DNA of 52,877 nt, taken from contig CACETT010000003.1 of NCBI GenBank assembly GCA_902562525.1, positions 1-52,877 of the forward strand, given 5' to 3'. Made by a program: the position numbers and the translations under genes. Source of the DNA: an uncultured Alphaproteobacteria bacterium. Its GTDB lineage: Bacteria > Pseudomonadota > Alphaproteobacteria > UBA7887. The notes below the pieces were generated by a model. It worked only from the letters and a program-made list of their open reading frames with translations, ran no database searches and was not told the origin of the DNA. This document shows positions 20,044-28,264 of this stretch, piece by piece; position 1 is the stretch's first letter; the number at the start of each line of letters is the position of its first letter.

Positions 20044-21579
20044 ATGGATGAGAGTAGAGTGCCAGTCTTAGTTGGCAGTGGCCAAATTACGCAAAGGGAG
20101 CCTGATCCTTCTCGTGGGCTGCCTCCCATAGATCTCACAGCTTCCGCAGTTTACAAAGCAGCAGATGATAGTGGGGCAGGTCGAACTTTACTAAAGGCGC
20201 TAGATACGATTGTTGTGGTACGCTCTTTCTCTGATACGAGTTGGCGATTTACTTGTCCTTTTGGTACCTATTCAAACCCACCAAAATCTTTAGCTAATCG
20301 TATCAAAGCAGAAAACGTTCAACGTTTAGTATACACTCATCCTGGCGGAAACATGCCTCAATGGTGTGTGAATAGAATGTTTGAGATGATAACCAGGGGT
20401 GAACTAGAGGCGGCAGTAATTGCTGGTGGGGAGTCGTTGGCAACTCAAAAGGGAGCCGAGCGTGCAGGTCTTGAATTAGACTGGAGTGAAGATCCGGGAG
20501 GTAGTTGTGACACTTGGGGCATAGAAACTAGAGGCTGGTCCGATATGGAAGATCGGCATAAAATGGCTGGTGCGATATTTGCTTACCCCATGATTGAAAA
20601 TGCAATCCGCGGTAATAGAGGAAGGACAATTGAACAGCATGGCCTTGAGATGGGTAAGCTGTTTTCAAGGTTTGCAAAAGTTGCAGAAGGTAATCCTCTG
20701 GCCGATCGTCGCCAGGGCTTTACAGCTGAGCAAATTTCCTCTGTGAATCCCAATAATCCTTATATTGGTTTTCCATATACAAAATTAATGAATTCAAATG
20801 CCTTTATTGATCAGGCCGCAGCCATAATTTTAACCTCTGCGAAGAAGGCCCGGGAACTTGGTATTCCGGAGAAAAAATGGGTTTATTTGCATGGTTGTGC
20901 GGATGCCTATGACCATTGGTATCTGAGTGATCGTATAAACTTCCACTCCTCCCCGGCTATGTCTAAAGTGGCAAGAGAGGCGCTTGAAATGGCTGAATGT
21001 TCTCTGGGTGACGTAGACGCGCTCGATTTATATAGTTGTTTTCCATCTGCTGTCCAAATAGCGTGCGATGAAATGGGGATTAATCCAGATGACCCAAGAG
21101 GTTTAACTGTTACGGGGGGCTTGCCATATTTCGGGGGACCCGGGAATAATTACGTTACACACTCTATTGCCGAAATGATGGATACGGTCAGGGAAAAACC
21201 AGGGAGTAGGGGACTTGTTACGGCCAATGGGAATTATATAACCAAGCAATCCGCTGGAATTTACTCCACTGAACCTCCTAATAAGCCGTTTAAGCCCAAA
21301 GATCCAAAAATATATCAAGCAGAAATTGATGCGGCCAGAGGGCCGCGTGTCACGGAGGTGGCTTATGGAAAGGCTACGATCGAAACCTATACAATTATGC
21401 ATGACCGTAAAGGTCCTTCTTTTGGTATTTTATTTGGCAGGCTGCCAGATAATTCTCGTTTCATCGCAAATACCCTGGGTGACCCAACTCTTTTGGCGGA
21501 TATGACCGCTGAGGATTACTTGGGTGCTAAAGGAACAGTATCGAGCTCCGATGGGGTGAACGTATTCACACCTGATTAG
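20044..21579 (+). CDS. Thiolase-like protein (TLP1 type) with extra C-terminal domain
   Basis: PVLVGSGQ, GGNMPQ in place of the nucleophile-Cys loop, DLYSCFPSAVQ, TVTGGLPYFGGPGNNY, LVTANG; C-terminal ATIETYTIMHDR...GRL--NSRFIAN domain. Confidence 0.8.
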   Translation: MDESRVPVLVGSGQITQREPDPSRGLPPIDLTASAVYKAADDSGAGRTLLKALDTIVVVRSFSDTSWRFTCPFGTYSNPPKSLANRIKAENVQRLVYTHPGGNMPQWCVNRMFEMITRGELEAAVIAGGESLATQKGAERAGLELDWSEDPGGSCDTWGIETRGWSDMEDRHKMAGAIFAYPMIENAIRGNRGRTIEQHGLEMGKLFSRFAKVAEGNPLADRRQGFTAEQISSVNPNNPYIGFPYTKLMNSNAFIDQAAAIILTSAKKARELGIPEKKWVYLHGCADAYDHWYLSDRINFHSSPAMSKVAREALEMAECSLGDVDALDLYSCFPSAVQIACDEMGINPDDPRGLTVTGGLPYFGGPGNNYVTHSIAEMMDTVREKPGSRGLVTANGNYITKQSAGIYSTEPPNKPFKPKDPKIYQAEIDAARGPRVTEVAYGKATIETYTIMHDRKGPSFGILFGRLPDNSRFIANTLGDPTLLADMTAEDYLGAKGTVSSSDGVNVFTPD

Positions 21580-21589
21580 ACGGGCTAAA

Positions 21590-23098
21590 ATGACCACGAA
21601 GAAATCAGATGAAATAGAGTTTTTATCGATAAAGGATCTAGCTCACGGCTTGGATCAAGGAATTTTGACATCCAGTGATCTAGTCAAATTTTTTTCAGAA
21701 AAGATTTCGTCGGAGGATGGAGATTTTAATTCTATAGCCTTTCCAAACCCTCAAGCAGAAGACATCGCTAAAAGAATGGACGAGGAAAGAGGCAGGGGAC
21801 ATGTTCGCAGCGTTTTACATGGAATCCCCTTAGTCATCAAAGATAATATCGATACAGCGGACGAAATGATGACATCTGCTGGCTCTTTAGCCTTGGACGG
21901 ATCGCGAGCTCAAAGAGATGCGCACTTAGTGTCTCAACTACGAGCAAAAGGTGCTATTATTTTGGGCAAAAGTAATTTAAGTGAGTGGGCTAATTTTAGA
22001 TCCACAAGGTCTTGTAGTGGCTGGTCTAGTCGTGGGGGCCAAGTTCGAAATTCCTATGCTGTAGATCGCACTCCCGGTGGGTCGAGTTCTGGGTCTGCTG
22101 TTGCCGTGGCTCGGAGTTTTTGCGCTGGTGCAATAGGTACAGAGACTGATGGATCTATTGTTGAGCCTGCAGCGATGAACTCACTTGTAGGTATAAAGCC
22201 AACAGTGGGGCTTATTAGTCGGACGGGAATTATTCCCATCTCTTATAATCAAGATACTGCTGGCCCAATGGCTAAAAATGTTGCCGACGCTTCGACTATT
22301 TTAGCTGCACTAATGGGGGATGATATTGAAGACAGATCGACGAAGGTGCTAGCCAAGAATTTTCACCATAATTTTTCAGGCTCATTAAACCCGAAGGCAC
22401 TTCAAGGACAACGAATTGGCGTGGTTAGGAATTTTGCACGTTTTCAAGAATCTGTTGATAAAGTCTTCGAGGATGCTCTTGCAGTAATTCAGTCTGCTGG
22501 TGCCGAAGTTATAGATGGTATTGCTCTTCCTGATCAGCAGACTATTAGGGAACATGAAATTGTGGTGTTGAGAACAGAGTTCAAAGTTGCCCTGAACGCT
22601 TATTTGTCTGGCCTACCAGACCAGACTAGAGTTAGGTCTTTATCTGAATTAATACATTTTAATGAGCAAAATCGGCTTGAGGTAATGCCATATTTTCAAC
22701 AAGAGCAGTTATTAGCAGCTGAGGCGACTCATGGGCTCGATGATTTGAAATATAAGAAAGCCCTTGGAGAATGTCAGCGCCTTAGTAGACGAGAAGGCAT
22801 AGACAAAGCGTTGTCAGATTATTCGTGCTCCGCTTTGGTGGCTCCCACCAGTTCTACACCGTGGGCGATCGATTTAATAAATGGAGACAACAGACTTGGG
22901 GGTAGTTCTTGCCTCGCAGCCGTGTCTGGTTATCCAAGCGTAACACTGCCCATGGGCTATATTACAGGCTTACCTGTTGGTTTATCTTTTATTGGTAAGG
23001 CCTGGGACGATCTTTTTATTATTAATCTTGCCTATGCTTTTGAACAAGCTTCGTTAGTCCGATATCCACCAGGTGGTTCAGCCCAGTTGTTGCAATAA
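21590..23098 (+). CDS. Amidase signature family enzyme (peptide-amidase-like)
   Basis: LHGIPLVIKDN, PGGSSSGS, GTETDGSI (Ser-cisSer-Lys triad), GLPVGLSF. Confidence 0.92.
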   Translation: MTTKKSDEIEFLSIKDLAHGLDQGILTSSDLVKFFSEKISSEDGDFNSIAFPNPQAEDIAKRMDEERGRGHVRSVLHGIPLVIKDNIDTADEMMTSAGSLALDGSRAQRDAHLVSQLRAKGAIILGKSNLSEWANFRSTRSCSGWSSRGGQVRNSYAVDRTPGGSSSGSAVAVARSFCAGAIGTETDGSIVEPAAMNSLVGIKPTVGLISRTGIIPISYNQDTAGPMAKNVADASTILAALMGDDIEDRSTKVLAKNFHHNFSGSLNPKALQGQRIGVVRNFARFQESVDKVFEDALAVIQSAGAEVIDGIALPDQQTIREHEIVVLRTEFKVALNAYLSGLPDQTRVRSLSELIHFNEQNRLEVMPYFQQEQLLAAEATHGLDDLKYKKALGECQRLSRREGIDKALSDYSCSALVAPTSSTPWAIDLINGDNRLGGSSCLAAVSGYPSVTLPMGYITGLPVGLSFIGKAWDDLFIINLAYAFEQASLVRYPPGGSAQLLQ

Positions 23099-23127
23099 GA
23101 TTTCTCATATATTCCCAATGTTTTTAA

Positions 23128-23188
23128 GTAGCTTGATCAACTGGACCTCCGCTTCTGAAGGGTGGAGGTTCAAATCCTTCCCCCCACC
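23128..23188 (+). pseudogene. Degenerate tRNA-fMet-like remnant (non-functional)
   Basis: GTAGCTTGATCA and CTGAAGGGTGGAGGTTCAAATCCTTCCCCC resemble initiator tRNA-Met segments (GTAGCTCGTCA; CTGAAGGTCGTAGGTTCAAATCCTACCCCC, recalled consensus). T-arm GGAGG-TTCAAAT-CCTTC can pair. No anticodon arm, no 5' acceptor strand and no CCA. Confidence 0.35.
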
Positions 23189-23236
23189 CTATTTCTATAA
23201 TGTGACCGGCAACCGAACTCTCAATGGAGCCTGCGA

Positions 23237-23614
23237 CTAAAGAGTTATGACTTGGTCCGGGGCAGCTGGCGCCAATGCTTCATATAATTGAGGAAAACAG
23301 CCCACATGAACACCATCCACGAGGTCTTTTGGGGTTACCTCCCCACTGCCGCATTGGGTAAAATCGCCTTCCGCGAGATTGCGGCGCAAAGCGCATTGAT
23401 CGCATCCCATCAACAGTATGTTGTTAGCCGCAGCCACCTTGGCTAGGCGCTCCCCGATTGGATCACCTTTCCGCAGGCAGTAAAGATTATCATCAAAGAA
23501 AAACATTCCGACCACTTCGGCGCCGTGGTTACCAGCTTCAAGCTGTGGAAGGATCATAGTAGCAAGTTTAAATGTTGAGGCCATATTGGTAGAAAAAATG
23601 TAGGCAACCTTCAT
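23237..23614 (-). CDS. DsrE/F-like (SaoD/DsrE family) protein
   Basis: MKVAYIFST...ILPQLEAGNHGAEVVGMFFFDDN...LMGCDQCA...VGCFPQLY...PDQVITL. ATG at 23614 is preceded by GGAG; the track TTG at 23680 looks like a -35 hexamer rather than a start. Confidence 0.75.
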   Translation of the reverse strand: MKVAYIFSTNMASTFKLATMILPQLEAGNHGAEVVGMFFFDDNLYCLRKGDPIGERLAKVAAANNILLMGCDQCALRRNLAEGDFTQCGSGEVTPKDLVDGVHVGCFPQLYEALAPAAPDQVITL

Positions 23615-23649
23615 TGTGTTGCTTCTCCAGTTGGAATTAACTTTGAAAA

Positions 23650-23668
23650 GTAATGCTTTAACATAAAC
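23650..23668. promoter_or_regulatory. Putative second Zur-type operator upstream of the DsrE-like gene
   Basis: GTAATGCTTTAACATAAAC; the core ATGCTTTAACAT differs at 2 of 12 positions from ATGTTATAACAT. Lies between a TTGACT hexamer (minus strand, 23680-23675) and the start codon. Confidence 0.45.
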
Positions 23669-23786
23669 TAAAGTAGTCAAGATTTAAAAGAACGCGGTGA
23701 CGATTTGGCTGCTTTGCACTGTTTGATTACCTCCTTTAGGCTACTCGCCTTTCAGGGGCCTGGTTTATGAGATGTATGTTGCTTAA

Positions 23787-24506
23787 TTAAAGATGTGCCG
23801 ACCATGCCTCTGGAGATACGTCTGACTGCTGGTTAAGGCAGAGCAACAAACGCTTAAAGCCAGAGCCCTCGATGGGTGGCGAGCGATGCACGATCCCCTT
23901 GCCTGAAGTGGCGCAGCTTCCCTTGAATATTGCCACGCTATTCTCTTGGAGTTGCTCGACTGGTCCCGTGAAGCGTTTCTGTTCGCTCATAGCCCGCGCG
24001 GCGTATTGGGGGTGGACCCATTCGGTGGTTGGGCCTCGATAAGTTGTTAACAGTCGCCTCTCTACCCAGTCGCGATGAAATTTCCAGCAGGCATCGTGAC
24101 TGATGACATCTAGACGAACATCCACGAGTCTACTGTTGGTAATACCTGCAAATACCGATATAAGTTCCCCAATATCTTTTATAAGAAAATCACGCATATC
24201 TCCGGCGCCTATATCACATTCATCCAGATGTGGTTTGATGGCGCGTGGAAGGTGATCGGGTTGGATAAGAACACGCAGGTTTTGAAACGACGATGAATCC
24301 AATTGGTCTAGCCAAACCTGAAATTGGCGAGGAAACGAACGTTCCCAAATCACGAGTTCAGTTGTGGGAGCAGTAATGGCAGAGAGTTCAGCTCGTTGGC
24401 CGACAGTACAAATGCCTTTTGGTAGCTTATTAGTTTCACGGGAACGTTCTTCCCCCGAGGTTGGCGGGGTTCTCAAGGAACTAACACTTTCTTTAGCGAG
24501 AATCAC
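23787..24506 (-). CDS. DUF1826 family protein (2OG-Fe(II) oxygenase-like)
   Basis: [39 protein letters not shown]...KRLLLCLN. Likely GTG start at 24506 overlapping the TGA of the GTPase gene (GTGA). Confidence 0.82.
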   Translation of the reverse strand: MILAKESVSSLRTPPTSGEERSRETNKLPKGICTVGQRAELSAITAPTTELVIWERSFPRQFQVWLDQLDSSSFQNLRVLIQPDHLPRAIKPHLDECDIGAGDMRDFLIKDIGELISVFAGITNSRLVDVRLDVISHDACWKFHRDWVERRLLTTYRGPTTEWVHPQYAARAMSEQKRFTGPVEQLQENSVAIFKGSCATSGKGIVHRSPPIEGSGFKRLLLCLNQQSDVSPEAWSAHL

Positions 24507-25738
24507 TCGGCCATCTCCGTACGCCGCCATGTAGGAAATGGGTCAGGCAAGTCAGGGAGGGTTGTAATACTATTGGCTTGAGATTCCGGAAGGAGGCAGG
24601 CATCGAGACGCCCTTTTATTTCCGGCCAATTGATCCCATTGCCAATGAAGACGATTTCTTGACGACGATCACCCCACGGCTCCCGCCAATTTTCTCGTAT
24701 GCTACTAAGCATGTTTTCATCCTCGGGCCAACGTTCCTTCGGCGCTGCGGCCCACCATGTCCCAAGCGGATCAACGCTGGAAAGCGCGCCAGCGAGAGAG
24801 AATTCTGCGACCCAGTTGGGTCGGCTAGCGATCCAGAAGTGTCCCTTGGCCCGGATCACACCGGGCAGATCTCCGTTTAACGTAGCGTAAATGCGGTCTG
24901 GATGAAATGGACGCCGGGCACGATAGGTAAAGCTACTAACGCCGTACTCCTCTGTCTCGGGCAGATGATCAGAAAATCCGTATAATTCCTTGGCCCACAT
25001 TGCGTGCTCATGCGCCTTTTCGAAATCAAACGCGCCTGTATCTAGGATTGAATCTTCAAGAACATTGGAATGATCTGTTTCAATAATTTGAGCATCCCCG
25101 TTGAGACTTCGGATTATTTTTCGCGCAGCGTCCACCTGCTGTGACCCGGCATCGGAGATCTTATTGAGGATAACCACGTCGGCGAATTCTATCTGGTCCG
25201 TCAGAAGGTGGACAAGGGTTCTATCATCCTCTGCCCCCATAGTTTCACCTCTATCACGCAAGAAATCGTGGCTAGAATAGTCGTTAAGCAGGTTTACTGC
25301 GTCGACGACGGTGACCATGGTGTCAAGGCGTGCGACATCTGACAAGCTTTCGCCCGTCTCATCTCTAAAATCAAAGGTCGCTGCAACGGGTAAAGGCTCA
25401 GAAATGCCGGTTGACTCGATCAACAGGTAGTCAAAACGCTTTTCTTCGGCGAGCCGGCGTACCTCTGCGAGCAGGTCGTCACGCAAAGTGCAGCAGATGC
25501 AGCCGTTTGACATCTCAACCAATGTTTCATCGGTGCGGCTAAGTTCGGTTTCGGCTCGCACCAGATCGGCGTCAATGTTCACTTCGGACATGTCGTTGAC
25601 TATTACCGCCACCCGTCGACCGTCACGATTGTTAAGTACCCGGTTGAGAAGGGTTGTCTTTCCCGCGCCGAGAAAACCAGAGAGTACGGTCACCGGCAGG
25701 CGGGGGTCTTCACGAGGCGTTATGTCTTTTCGGGTCAT
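24503..25738 (-). CDS. COG0523 G3E-family zinc metallochaperone GTPase (ZigA/YciC type)
   Basis: [32 protein letters not shown] (CxCC), [30 protein letters not shown]. Confidence 0.93.
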   Translation of the reverse strand: MTRKDITPREDPRLPVTVLSGFLGAGKTTLLNRVLNNRDGRRVAVIVNDMSEVNIDADLVRAETELSRTDETLVEMSNGCICCTLRDDLLAEVRRLAEEKRFDYLLIESTGISEPLPVAATFDFRDETGESLSDVARLDTMVTVVDAVNLLNDYSSHDFLRDRGETMGAEDDRTLVHLLTDQIEFADVVILNKISDAGSQQVDAARKIIRSLNGDAQIIETDHSNVLEDSILDTGAFDFEKAHEHAMWAKELYGFSDHLPETEEYGVSSFTYRARRPFHPDRIYATLNGDLPGVIRAKGHFWIASRPNWVAEFSLAGALSSVDPLGTWWAAAPKERWPEDENMLSSIRENWREPWGDRRQEIVFIGNGINWPEIKGRLDACLLPESQANSITTLPDLPDPFPTWRRTEMAE

Positions 25739-25809
25739 CTTTGAGCATCTGTTCTTGGGCCTAGCGTAAATGACGATGTCGCAGGGTGGGGTGGTATCTG
25801 GGTAATAAA

Positions 25810-25827
25810 GTTATGTTATAACATATC
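25810..25827. promoter_or_regulatory. Zur-type operator
   Basis: GTTATGTTATAACATATC with perfect palindromic core ATGTTATAACAT (25813-25824), about 72 bp upstream of the COG0523 gene. Confidence 0.8.
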
Positions 25828-26363
25828 ATTTAAGAGTTTTGCTGTCCACCTAAGGATGTTGTCGGAATAATGAAACTTAATTAGGCCAAAAATATTAGAA
25901 GGTTGTTTCTGTACCCTCCGGAGGGAGGTTACCTAATCGCTGGTTTTGAAACGCGGCCCCTTCTGGGATCGGTAATCCCTACATTATCTAAGGTCGATGA
26001 ATGGGAGTGGTCCGACGAACAGTGCCTTTGTTTGGTCACCTGGGGCGTTTGGATTAAAGGTGATTCGCCCAAGGTGAATGGCGGACTACACTCAGAGCCA
26101 TGTGTTAAGTTTTACGAGGTGATAATCGTTTTTTTTGGGTTGGATCACTAATAGCCTGTGGTTGGGAACCAAATATCTACGGGCTATGTTGCGCAGGGGT
26201 TTTTGGTAGTTGAGAGTAAAGAGTCTAGTTCTTAGGAAGGACCTAAAGTGGATTTTAATAGTCACTACTGCGGCAAAGTAGCTTGCACTGGATTAGCGTA
26301 TTTTGTTTAGTAGTAATTCGAATTTTAGTGGCAATAGGAAAATCCTCTACAATATAGAGGGCT

Positions 26364-26398
26364 TTATCCACAAACGATTATCCACACACTGTGGATAG
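26364..26398. promoter_or_regulatory. Cluster of three DnaA boxes upstream of nrdA
   Basis: TTATCCACA at 26364-26372 and 26378-26386 (perfect), and inverted TGTGGATAG at 26390-26398 (one mismatch). Confidence 0.72.
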
Positions 26399-26421
26399 AT
26401 ATTGAGTGCAAGGGTGGTGAC

Positions 26422-28248
26422 ATGCTTAACGTAGTCCAGCTTGAACGGGGCGGGCAGGTCGAGACTAATCCTGAAAGGGATGCGTTGCTCACAGGATTTG
26501 GCAAGGCAGTATTGGATGACCGGTATTTGATGCCTCAGGAGAGTTATCAGGAATTGTTCGCTCGCGTATCTAGTTATTTTGCCCACGATACGGCTCACGC
26601 CCAACGTTTGTACGAGTATATTAGCCAACACTGGTTTATGCCTTCCACCCCTGTCCTCAGTAATGGCGGTACCAACAGAGGTCTTCCGATATCATGCTTT
26701 TTAAATGAGTCATCAGATAGTCTAGAAGGAATAGTAGACTTATGGACCGAGAATGTTTGGCTTGCTGCGCGAGGTGGGGGCATAGGAAGCTACTGGGGTA
26801 ATCTTCGTTCAATCGGCGAAACCGTGGGGGGTAATGGCAAGACATCCGGCGTGATTCCTTTTATACGGGTCATGGATTCTCTGACCTTGGCGATTAGCCA
26901 GGGGTCGCTTAGAAGAGGGAGTGCAGCAATTTACTTGCCGGTTTCCCACCCTGAAATTGAGGAGTTCATTGAGCTCCGGCGCCCAACTGGAGGTGATCCC
27001 AATAGAAAAGCCCTTAATCTTCATAATGCGGTTGTAATCCCTGACTCCTTCATGCGGGCCGTGGAAGACGGCGAAGATTGGGCACTGATTAGTCCAAAAG
27101 ATAAGGCGGTTGTGCGAAAAGTATCTGCTCGAGACCTGTGGGTGAGGATTTTGACTGCCCGCATAGAAACGGGGGAGCCCTATCTCCTTTTCATTGATCA
27201 TGTAAATAGGGCGTTGCCTGAGCATCAGAAATTAGCAGGCCTAAGCGTAAAAATGTCAAATTTGTGTAGTGAAATTACCTTGCCCACGGGAATGGACCGG
27301 CTTGGCTCAGAACGTACAGCAGTTTGTTGTCTATCCTCACTAAATTTGGAGTACTTTGAGGAATGGTGCAATGAACCGCAGTTCATCAAAGATATTATGC
27401 GTTTCTTGGATAATGTTCTTCAGGACTTTATTGAGAAGGCTCCAGATAGTATGTCACGAGCTCGGTACGCGGCAATGAGGGAGCGAAGTGTTGGTTTGGG
27501 TGTAATGGGTTTTCACTCTTATCTTCAACAAAAACGCGTGCCAATGGAGTCAGCGGTAGCTAAATCATTAAACTTCCGGATTTTTAAGCATATAAAAACT
27601 GAGGCGGATAAGGCCTCCCGAGAGATAGCCGTTGAATTGGGGCCTTGCCCTGATGCAGCAGATTTTGGGATAGCTGAGAGGTTTTCAAACAAGTTAGCCG
27701 TCGCTCCAACTGCTTCCATTTCAATAATCTGTGGTGGTGCCTCACCTGGAATCGAGCCAGTTGCTGCAAATAGCTACTTACACAAAACTCTGAGTGGTTC
27801 TTTCAATGTGCGAAATAAGTATCTGTCAGAAATTTTTGCGGAAAAAGGCAAGGATAATGACGCAACTTGGTCATCGATTATCGCCAATGAAGGATCTGTG
27901 CAGCATTTGGATTTTCTGACCAGTGATGAGAAGAATGTCTTTAAGACAGCATTTGAAATTGATCAGAGGTGGTTAATTGAATTAGCAGCAGACAGAACAA
28001 GATTCATCTGTCAGTCTCAATCTCTGAACCTTTTTTTGCCAGCAGATATTCATAAGCGAGATCTACATGGAATCCACTTCAGTGCCTGGAAGAAGGGAGT
28101 AAAAAGCCTTTATTATTGTAGATCAAAGTCTCTTCAACGAGCAGATACCATTGCCACCCTGGGGGAAACGGGCGTCACTTCGTCCTCCTTGGATGCTGAG
28201 CCCTCTGGTAGTGCTGTAGATTATGATGAATGTCTCGCTTGTCAATGA
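26422..28248 (+). CDS. nrdA: Class Ia ribonucleoside-diphosphate reductase alpha subunit, short form without ATP cone
   Basis: STPVLSNGG, GLPISCFL, SNLCSEI, VCCLSSLN, APTAS, LYYCR, C-terminal ECLACQ; only about 30 residues precede the DRY motif. Confidence 0.96.
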   Translation: MLNVVQLERGGQVETNPERDALLTGFGKAVLDDRYLMPQESYQELFARVSSYFAHDTAHAQRLYEYISQHWFMPSTPVLSNGGTNRGLPISCFLNESSDSLEGIVDLWTENVWLAARGGGIGSYWGNLRSIGETVGGNGKTSGVIPFIRVMDSLTLAISQGSLRRGSAAIYLPVSHPEIEEFIELRRPTGGDPNRKALNLHNAVVIPDSFMRAVEDGEDWALISPKDKAVVRKVSARDLWVRILTARIETGEPYLLFIDHVNRALPEHQKLAGLSVKMSNLCSEITLPTGMDRLGSERTAVCCLSSLNLEYFEEWCNEPQFIKDIMRFLDNVLQDFIEKAPDSMSRARYAAMRERSVGLGVMGFHSYLQQKRVPMESAVAKSLNFRIFKHIKTEADKASREIAVELGPCPDAADFGIAERFSNKLAVAPTASISIICGGASPGIEPVAANSYLHKTLSGSFNVRNKYLSEIFAEKGKDNDATWSSIIANEGSVQHLDFLTSDEKNVFKTAFEIDQRWLIELAADRTRFICQSQSLNLFLPADIHKRDLHGIHFSAWKKGVKSLYYCRSKSLQRADTIATLGETGVTSSSLDAEPSGSAVDYDECLACQ

Positions 28249-28264
28249 TAGGTAGTTCCTCCAG

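Noticed and set aside
19851-20138. 95-aa minus-strand ORF
   Set aside because: Overlaps the start of the thiolase-like gene on the other strand and has no motif.
23141-23179. tRNA-Sec anticodon-arm resemblance (CTGGAC...TTCAAATCC) next to a SaoD/DsrE-like gene
   Set aside because: Requires deleting about 22 internal bases; the initiator tRNA-Met T-arm explains TTCAAATCC more simply, and no in-frame TGA read-through candidate was found.
25919-25980. tRNA-Ser-like words (GGAGGG, CTGGTTTTGAAA, GGGATCGGTAATCCC)
   Set aside because: Anticodon and acceptor stems do not pair and there is no TTCGA loop; the resemblance is too weak to call even a pseudogene.
25903-26151. 82-aa ORF before nrdA
   Set aside because: TTG start without a clear RBS and no recognisable motif; not listed as a CDS.
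26364-26398. Possible replication origin
   Set aside because: Only three DnaA boxes, directly at the nrdA promoter, and none of the usual alphaproteobacterial oriC neighbours (hemE, parAB, gidA) are in the window.
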